A DNA stretch of 32,000 bases from Candidatus Harpocratesius repetitus (GTDB lineage Archaea > Asgardarchaeota > Lokiarchaeia > Sigyniarchaeales > Promethearchaeaceae), in the NCBI GenBank assembly GCA_021498095.1, contig JAIZWK010000001.1, positions 870,001 to 902,000 of the forward strand, given 5' to 3'. This document shows, in pieces, positions 25,115 through 32,000 of the stretch. The notes beneath the pieces are model-generated. The model was not told the DNA's origin and ran no database searches. It saw only the letters and a program-made list of their open reading frames with translations. Each line of letters starts with the position of its first letter. The first letter of the stretch is position 1. Made by a program: the position numbers and the translations under genes.

Positions 25115-28100
25115 TTACTTAAAAAAGGAAACTATTGATTTTTGTTTTACTCGTGGATTATCGGTTAAATCTTTCACATTTCGTTCAATTAACTTCCATC
25201 TTTGCTCCGTATAATCACCTAATGCAAAATCTGTAATGAATGATTGAGCTTTGGAGAGATACTTAGTGATTCCTCCCGGATGAACCGTCATTAACAAATC
25301 ATTGCCACATTTGGCACAACGACCAATAAGAGGAATACGTCGATATTTACTTCCACATTTTGGGCAGCGAAATCCTTGAGTGGAAAAAGCACGTAAATTT
25401 CCAAGGATATCAGGTGCAAAATGGGATGATATAACTTTACGAGCAACATCTTGTACTTGAACGGCTTGAATTGTTTTAGCCAAGTAAAGTTGCGAGTCAA
25501 TTTTTTCTTCCATTGTTTCAAATACGGAGTACATGGATTTTCGGGGACCGAGGTTTATTGATTGAGTTGGGTGTGTGAACATGCTGCCTTCAAATTGAGC
25601 TTCTGTGCCAAGATAATCTGCAAACAGTTTCATGTATTTCAATTTTGGTTTACAATAGGTTTGAGCATCAAGATAGAATTGAAGGGGATAACGTGCCATG
25701 TAATCAACATTATGACTTTCTCCATCAACTTCTCTTGGATCCAATAGCAATGAAATAACCAATGGAGCATCCATTTTTCCACCTAAAGAAGATGGGAGAT
25801 AATAAAGCGAGAAATTAAGGAGACATTCGAGTAAAAGCATAATACCATCTTCATCACCGTCACAATTGCGCCGTTTTGCTGCATGCCAATAAGGATGTGC
25901 ATATCCTGATTCAGCATGTGTGAATCCTATCAAGCGGCCAATGATACCAGCCGAAGTGTGCGGGGCCAGACCCACCATGTAGTGTCCGACCAAATCATAT
26001 TTAGTTTGAACCTTATAAAAGCGCGGTTGATGATATAAGTATTCTAATTCATCATCAACAAAATTAGCGACATTGACGAAATAATCCCCTAAATGATGAG
26101 TGAGCAGAACATCTTGAACCTTTATCTCGATAATCTGATTTTCATCTGTAATTGGATTTCCGTATATATCAACATCATATCCTAATTCAAGTATTTTTGC
26201 AACTGGTGTATCAATTTCTCTACAAGTAAAATGGGTAAGTGGAATATCAGTAGCATCTGCCCGAATTGTACCATCTTTATATACATAAACATTGTTGATG
26301 GCGCGCAGTATACCTTTCTCGATAGGTTCAGGTATTTTATATTCTGAAGACATTCCCTTGACACCTTTAACAGTAGGGATGGTTTTAGGTATTTTTGCTG
26401 CAGCCATTTCAAAATACTTTTTCAAGGAAAAGGTTTTTGTAGAAGTTGATGCCAGATGACTTCCACAAGTTTGACATTCAGCGATAGAAATATCATACAT
26501 TTTATTGCATCGTGGGCAAATTTTTTGCAGTACTGTTGGCACTTGACATTTTGGGCATAAGTTAAAAAAAGTGATAGAATGGCATTGGGGGCAAATTTTT
26601 TGGCAGATGTCAACTTCAATTTTAGGGGCTCCAATGGCATTTTGAAAGCTGCGTTGAAGTTTCGAATCATGTCCGATTGGAAATAGAGAATGGACCGGTG
26701 GTTTCATCTTTCGTTCTTTAGCTTTTTCTGGTCGTCCCATTCGGCTACCCATGTAGTATGGCGCTTTATCAGGAACTTTTAAAGTAGTTAAATGGGAGAA
26801 GAGTTCTAGTGCAGTTAGTGAACGAGAAAGCTGCGTAAACTTGGGGATATTAGAAAGCTTGGAGTATTTATCCTTTTCTGAGATATTACTTGATTTACCA
26901 AACCCAAAGATTTCGTAGAAGATGAATGCACGATTTGGATCAATCCAAATGCCTTGTGGATGAACTTTGTGCACTACAAACGCATGTTCTAATGCATTTT
27001 TTACCTCTGGAATGTTGGGAATATGTAACCCATTTTCAAGGATCTTTTCTAAATTATCATAAGAAATTTCAGATAATGGTTGATTTTTATTTTCTTTCAA
27101 AAGATTAATTAAACTCATTCTTAATGCTTCATGAATTTGCAGTAATTCGGTACCGTTTACATTTCCCCAATGATCCAAGTATCGAGGATGGATTCCAACT
27201 TGATATTGTGCTGCAAATTCAACGGCTTGCCGTCCAGTGGGGATTTTAGAGAACGGATCTTTGATAAATTTGAGAAAATCTGTCGCAGAAACATCTTTTA
27301 TACCAGTTTTTTTTGCTTTCGTTGATAATAGATCAAATTTAGCTTTTGCGTTTTCTTCTAATTCAACCGCCCACCATTCTTCTACGTAGCCAGATGGCAA
27401 AACAATATGGTTATTTTCTACAAATTCACCATATCCAAAAAGCATATCTCCTAAAAAGAGTATTTTTGCCGCAAGGTGTTCTTTTTGAATTTTAGCTGCT
27501 TCACGTGGGTCCCAAAGTTGTTTTACTTCACCATCTTTCATTAATACAATAGGAGGTTCGATTGAAGTAACAGGCATAGTTGACCCACTTTTTCCTGGTC
27601 GTTCTATTCGGATTTGTGTTCCGATTGCCATAAACTGATCGAGTAAGATCATTTGAGAAGGATGAGTTCCGCAAGCAGCTAATCCTGTATTACGGGAACG
27701 ACCATACCTAATACGATGACCACCTATTTGAGAGGGATATGCAAAAACTGGTCTTCCTGCTATAATGTCAGCAATATATTTATTTAATGGTGGATTCTTT
27801 TTTGCTAATTCTTGCCGTCGTTTAATCACTGGCGTTATTTCATCTAAATCTTGATTTGAATTTTGTTTAGATGTACTAATTTCTTCTTCGTCACGCTGCT
27901 TTTTGCCTTTGTAGGTATCGCCACCGTAATCTTTTGCCTTGTCTTTTCCATCATCTTCAATTTTCGCTTTATTGTCCGCATGTGCTAATTTTTTTAGTTT
28001 TAAAAGCCATTCCCAACCTGGAATTTTACGTTTATCGATAATTCGCAAAATTTTCTTGGATTTGAGCAATACTCCATCATTTAAAACTAAGCAGGGACCT

Positions 28101-28840
28101 CCACGTACAAAATTTGTCTCAATTCGTGGTAAGTTCCGATGGGCAGAAACTTCACGTTGTTCGGTTGGATCACCATTAAGTTCAACAGTCAGGTGTTTCA
28201 CTGCAAAAGCCAATTCTTCATTGGTGGAAGGATACTGCAAATTCATAATACGGTCATATAATTTGACTTCTTCCACAAACCGACCGACTTCATCATCTGT
28301 TGCAACCCATTTGGCAATTCCCATTTTTTGTCGCACATGTTCAGCACATAAAACCGCGAATGCCTGTACTGTTCCACCTGCAGCGCGGATTGGTCCTGCA
28401 AAGTAAAGCGATAAATAAGGTTCTCCTCCAATTTTATTATCTCGTATAACAACTTTGGCAATTCCCTCTAAAGGAGCGGAGACAACACCTTCAGTTTTTA
28501 TGGCTAAAGCAAGACGGATGGAACGATCTACTTTTTCTTCTTGAGAAAAATCACCTAATTTTCCGTCGATAAGCCAATCCATAGAGCGAAAACAAAGTTC
28601 GTCTTGATCTGCGCCTTCTTCTTTCCATTGTCGGAGGAGATCGGCAATTCCTGGCGGGCCAACTAATTTTTCTACCCGACCTGCCATATCTCGAGCGCGT
28701 GGTGATTCTACTTTAGGAACAGGATCCACTCCAATTTTACGGGCTTCTTGTGCTACCTGATATATTTTTTCAACATCACGCTCAATTTGGTCAAAATATT
28801 TACGGTATTTATCACTCATTACGACAGGCATGGTTATCAA
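25115..28840 (-). CDS. polC: DNA polymerase D large (catalytic) subunit DP2, intein-free
   Basis: EGVVSAPLEGI, YFAGPIRAAGGT, RIRYGRSRN, GSRMGRPEKAK, Cys4 zinc modules, HAAKRRNCDGDED catalytic motif and C-terminal PIP box QKSIVSFF (25121-25144). The likely start is ATG 28831 or 28819. Confidence 0.97.
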   Translation of the reverse strand: MITMPVVMSDKYRKYFDQIERDVEKIYQVAQEARKIGVDPVPKVESPRARDMAGRVEKLVGPPGIADLLRQWKEEGADQDELCFRSMDWLIDGKLGDFSQEEKVDRSIRLALAIKTEGVVSAPLEGIAKVVIRDNKIGGEPYLSLYFAGPIRAAGGTVQAFAVLCAEHVRQKMGIAKWVATDDEVGRFVEEVKLYDRIMNLQYPSTNEELAFAVKHLTVELNGDPTEQREVSAHRNLPRIETNFVRGGPCLVLNDGVLLKSKKILRIIDKRKIPGWEWLLKLKKLAHADNKAKIEDDGKDKAKDYGGDTYKGKKQRDEEEISTSKQNSNQDLDEITPVIKRRQELAKKNPPLNKYIADIIAGRPVFAYPSQIGGHRIRYGRSRNTGLAACGTHPSQMILLDQFMAIGTQIRIERPGKSGSTMPVTSIEPPIVLMKDGEVKQLWDPREAAKIQKEHLAAKILFLGDMLFGYGEFVENNHIVLPSGYVEEWWAVELEENAKAKFDLLSTKAKKTGIKDVSATDFLKFIKDPFSKIPTGRQAVEFAAQYQVGIHPRYLDHWGNVNGTELLQIHEALRMSLINLLKENKNQPLSEISYDNLEKILENGLHIPNIPEVKNALEHAFVVHKVHPQGIWIDPNRAFIFYEIFGFGKSSNISEKDKYSKLSNIPKFTQLSRSLTALELFSHLTTLKVPDKAPYYMGSRMGRPEKAKERKMKPPVHSLFPIGHDSKLQRSFQNAIGAPKIEVDICQKICPQCHSITFFNLCPKCQVPTVLQKICPRCNKMYDISIAECQTCGSHLASTSTKTFSLKKYFEMAAAKIPKTIPTVKGVKGMSSEYKIPEPIEKGILRAINNVYVYKDGTIRADATDIPLTHFTCREIDTPVAKILELGYDVDIYGNPITDENQIIEIKVQDVLLTHHLGDYFVNVANFVDDELEYLYHQPRFYKVQTKYDLVGHYMVGLAPHTSAGIIGRLIGFTHAESGYAHPYWHAAKRRNCDGDEDGIMLLLECLLNFSLYYLPSSLGGKMDAPLVISLLLDPREVDGESHNVDYMARYPLQFYLDAQTYCKPKLKYMKLFADYLGTEAQFEGSMFTHPTQSINLGPRKSMYSVFETMEEKIDSQLYLAKTIQAVQVQDVARKVISSHFAPDILGNLRAFSTQGFRCPKCGSKYRRIPLIGRCAKCGNDLLMTVHPGGITKYLSKAQSFITDFALGDYTEQRWKLIERNVKDLTDNPRVKQKSIVSFFK

Positions 28841-29193
28841 ATCGGAAAATTATTTTTACAGATGCAAAATATCAGCGTTATTATACCAATAAATAAGCAC
28901 CCGTATGATTTATGTAGTATTAATGAATGGTTAATATCAGCATAAAAAAGGAATCACGGTGAATATTAACTAAAGTAGTAAAGATCTATGTAGTTGATAA
29001 GTTTATATTAATAAGCGATTACTTTTTTTTAATTAAGTAATTAATCTTTTTTTTTAACAAAAAATCTACCGTGTATGTGGAATACAGTGATTTGTAACCT
29101 AAAAAATCCAAAGAGTGCTTAATTTATTAAAAATGAATATGTCTGAATAATTGAAAGGATATTTTAAGCACCTTAAAATATAGGGGAAATAAA

Positions 29194-31257
29194 ATGACAC
29201 TATCAGAACAACCAAATGAACTTCCATTAATGCATCTATTAAATGTGTTTTTACATTCTGGAGTGAATATTGATCCTCAAGCATTATGGTTTTTTGTCCA
29301 AATGGGTGTTTCTGATAAAGAAATTGAAGAATTTTTATCAAAGATCGCTTTCTTGCCTAATTTTAATTCTTATTTATCTGAGGATGTTCTTCAAACTGAA
29401 TGGAAGAAATTTAAAGGAATTATAGATACTAACATTTCTGGAAATGCGAATAAAAATATAGAACAGAGTATTATCAAAACAAATATTAATACAAAACCAG
29501 ATAATGGGATTATTGGAAAGGAAATTGAAGAAGGAAAGAAAAAGAAAAAAAAGAATCAAAATAACCTTTCACTTAATGATAATTCTTCTTTAGAAATTGA
29601 CCCAGAATTTGATTTTGATATTTCAGAAATGGATGATATTATTGGGGAGGCTTTTTCTTCAATTGAAGTTTCATTTGATAATAATAAAGAAAAACCTGCG
29701 AAACAAGCTATATTAGCGCCTAATCCTAAAGTTCCGGTTGAAGAAAATCCTATTTTACACCCTCCTAAGAATAATACTAGTAAACCTAAAGAAATTTCAG
29801 AATCAACTTTCTCACTAAAAAACAACATGATTTCGATAAAAAATAATCAAGAAAATACTTCAGAATCGTCAATTTCACCAAAAATTTCTTCAAATGATCT
29901 TGAACTGCAAAAAATACGGAATCAAAAGCGTAAAGAATGGGAAACTCTGGAATTCCGATCAGGAACTTCTAATTTTAAGCCAATAGCTGCAGAATATGAT
30001 GCAGATGTGAAGATTTTGAAAGATCCAACTGGAAAATTACATACAGAAGGAAAAATTGCTGAATTTCTTAGTGTACAGAGGGATAAATTTGAAAAGCTTT
30101 CTCAAATTCTCCAACGTCGACCAGAATCAAGTGGGCTTCTACCGATTAATATGATTAATCGCTTGGAAAATTCAACAGAGGTAAAATTTATTGGAATGGT
30201 TATCGATAAGAGGCAAACAAGTTCTCGAAATTATCTGATTGAAATGGAGGATACGACTGGACATTGTATGACTTTGGTTCAACAAAAACATTCTGAGGTT
30301 TATCAGTTAGTTGATTATCTTTTACCTGATCATGTGGTTATTATCGATGGTTACCTAAGCGTAAATGAAAAAACAAACTCTCGTATTATTTTAGTTAACG
30401 ATATTATTTTTCCAGATTCTCCCAACTCCCATAAAGTGCAGTTTCCTGAAGAAGATATTGCAATGTGCTTGATATCAGATACTCATTTTGGTAGTGTAGA
30501 GTGGTTAGAAAAAATATGGTTTCGATTTGTGGATTATTTAAATTGTAGAGTAGGAAATGATCGTCAAAGAACACAAGCAGGAAAAATTAAATATTTATGC
30601 ATTGCAGGAGATATTGTTGATGGAATTGGAGTTTACCCCAACCAAGAAAAACATCTACTAATTAAAGATATTTATAAACAATATGAAGCGTGTGCCGAGT
30701 ATTTAGCTGAAATACCTGAGTATATTGAAATAATTTTAACACCAGGAGATCATGATGCTGTTCGGAAAGCTGTGCCCGCACCGGCTCTGTCTAAAGATTT
30801 TGCTAAACCATTGTATGATAGAGGGTATAAACTTTTAGGAAATCCTGCTATGGTAAGTTTACACGGAATAAAAACCCAGCTCTTTCATGGCACTTCATTG
30901 ATTGATTTGAATATGGCTATTCCGGGAATGACAAATGAAGATCCATACAAAACTATGAAAGAATATATCCGAGCGCGCGATCTTGTTCCTACTTATGGGA
31001 AAAAGACTGAAATTGCACCTGTAGAAAAAAATTGGTTTGTATTAGATGAATTACCTGATATTCTACATACAGGACATCTTCACAAAAACGGATTTGGTAA
31101 ATATCACGGTATTTTATTAGTAAACTCTGGCTGTTTTCAAGATCAAACAGAATTTATGGATAGTCTTGGAATTATCCCGGATTATGGTAAACCTACAGTA
31201 ATTAATATGAAAAATAAGTTACAAGCCAAGGTTATTGATTTGGTTGGTAGTAGGTGA
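29194..31257 (+). CDS. polB: DNA polymerase D small (proofreading) subunit DP1
   Basis: Long low-complexity linker, OB fold (FIGMVIDKR), and calcineurin-like exonuclease motifs SDTHFG, GDIVDG, PGDHD, FHG, HTGHLH and VNSGCFQ. Confidence 0.95.
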   Translation: MTLSEQPNELPLMHLLNVFLHSGVNIDPQALWFFVQMGVSDKEIEEFLSKIAFLPNFNSYLSEDVLQTEWKKFKGIIDTNISGNANKNIEQSIIKTNINTKPDNGIIGKEIEEGKKKKKKNQNNLSLNDNSSLEIDPEFDFDISEMDDIIGEAFSSIEVSFDNNKEKPAKQAILAPNPKVPVEENPILHPPKNNTSKPKEISESTFSLKNNMISIKNNQENTSESSISPKISSNDLELQKIRNQKRKEWETLEFRSGTSNFKPIAAEYDADVKILKDPTGKLHTEGKIAEFLSVQRDKFEKLSQILQRRPESSGLLPINMINRLENSTEVKFIGMVIDKRQTSSRNYLIEMEDTTGHCMTLVQQKHSEVYQLVDYLLPDHVVIIDGYLSVNEKTNSRIILVNDIIFPDSPNSHKVQFPEEDIAMCLISDTHFGSVEWLEKIWFRFVDYLNCRVGNDRQRTQAGKIKYLCIAGDIVDGIGVYPNQEKHLLIKDIYKQYEACAEYLAEIPEYIEIILTPGDHDAVRKAVPAPALSKDFAKPLYDRGYKLLGNPAMVSLHGIKTQLFHGTSLIDLNMAIPGMTNEDPYKTMKEYIRARDLVPTYGKKTEIAPVEKNWFVLDELPDILHTGHLHKNGFGKYHGILLVNSGCFQDQTEFMDSLGIIPDYGKPTVINMKNKLQAKVIDLVGSR

Positions 31258-31264
31258 AATAAAA

Positions 31265-31990
31265 ATGGTGATGAAACCTCCTAGTGAATTAAATCAACTA
31301 TTACTTTATTGGTGGAAAATAATTGATCGAGACGAGATAAATAAAGATGATTTACAAAACTTTATCGCTTTTGAATTATTTACCTTTTCTTTGGAGAAAA
31401 CTAAAGCAACGATTCAAGAAGCTATAGATAGGAAACTTTTAATCTATGATCCAATTACAGATTTAGTTCGTTTAAATTCAACTTTACAAACTAAGTATAA
31501 TGAATGGTTGAAAGGAGGAATTACAAAAACTAAAAAAATGCTTCAAGTTTTGCGTAAGCGTTGGCGTGAACCTCTTCAATTTAGGAAGGAAGACATTTTT
31601 TCAGTTTATTATCAAGATTTGGTTGATCCATTAGTTCATAATAGAGCATCGAGAATCCTTAGTTCGAGAGTGAAAATAGACAAAAGTAATTTCGATGATA
31701 TTGGGAATTCGGGAGATTTGGATAATATCAATAATTTAGATGATTTAAAACTGTTTATTTCTGGGAAAATTAAGGGCTATCCCTTTCAGATTGATTCATC
31801 CCGCAAGATTATACAGCATGTATGTCCTGAATTTAAGCAATATCGAGCAAAAGAGAAATCTTTTTGTCCTCATCTAGCTCGTTTAATTTTGAAAATAAAC
31901 CTCAAATATCCAGAAATTACGCTTGGGCTACTTAAAAGAATTGCTCAAACAAAGGAATCTTGGATATTTTCTACCGAAATTAATATATAA
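31265..31990 (+). CDS. Hypothetical protein: DUF2240-like helical N-terminus + C-terminal SWIM-like zinc site
   Basis: ATG 31265 follows the GGTGA SD-like motif overlapping the DP1 stop. HVCPEF...FCPHL gives an H-x-C...C-x-H pattern (31817-31873). The domain names are inference. Confidence 0.65.
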   Translation: MVMKPPSELNQLLLYWWKIIDRDEINKDDLQNFIAFELFTFSLEKTKATIQEAIDRKLLIYDPITDLVRLNSTLQTKYNEWLKGGITKTKKMLQVLRKRWREPLQFRKEDIFSVYYQDLVDPLVHNRASRILSSRVKIDKSNFDDIGNSGDLDNINNLDDLKLFISGKIKGYPFQIDSSRKIIQHVCPEFKQYRAKEKSFCPHLARLILKINLKYPEITLGLLKRIAQTKESWIFSTEINI

Positions 31991-32000
31991 AAAAGAAGTT

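Noticed and set aside
25845-25885. Intein at the usual DP2 RRN/CDGDED insertion site
   Set aside because: The motif is contiguous, with no intein splice residues or endonuclease domain.
27790-27990. Charged low-complexity insertion in DP2
   Set aside because: It falls in a linker-like region and has no motif suggesting a function.
28841-29193. Replication origin between the PolD genes
   Set aside because: No ORB-like GTTCCAGTGGAAAC or G-string motif was seen and no cdc6/orc1 is in the window.
25291-29828. Short ORFs nested in polC and polB
   Set aside because: They are alternative-frame or antisense shadows of conserved genes.
1-32000. Selenocysteine/pyrrolysine readthrough or programmed frameshifts
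   Set aside because: The recognised genes appear full length, with no in-frame stop interrupting a conserved domain.

Overview
AT-rich archaeal chromosomal segment. Archaeal origin is shown by PolD DP1 and DP2, archaeal-type SAM synthetase, archaeal uL2, archease, TATA-type promoters and a BHB tRNA intron. An Asgard/Lokiarchaeia-like source is my inference from protein style and cannot be proven here. The left end holds the 3' part of a type I PKS/PUFA-synthase-like megasynthase, open beyond the window edge: KS, five ACPs, KR, DH and a fused PPTase. It is translationally coupled to an alpha/beta hydrolase and faces a convergent biotin carboxylase, BCCP and leuB-like run. The most striking signal is that all five ACP domains carry Thr (GIDT) where the phosphopantetheine-accepting Ser (GIDS) is expected. 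The rest contains a membrane bPH-HTH regulator pair with a duplicated palindromic operator, a Trm11-like methyltransferase, a degenerate PPP-family pseudophosphatase with an acidic tandem-repeat tail, an orphan histidine kinase, tRNA-Lys(CUU), rpl2 with a candidate structured leader, mat, a Lys-rich-tailed membrane protein, an HTH_10/CopD-like pair, archease, tRNA-Ser(UGA) with a D-loop intron, and head-to-head polC/polB followed by a SWIM-like ORF. No CRISPR array, transposase, integrase or intein was seen.
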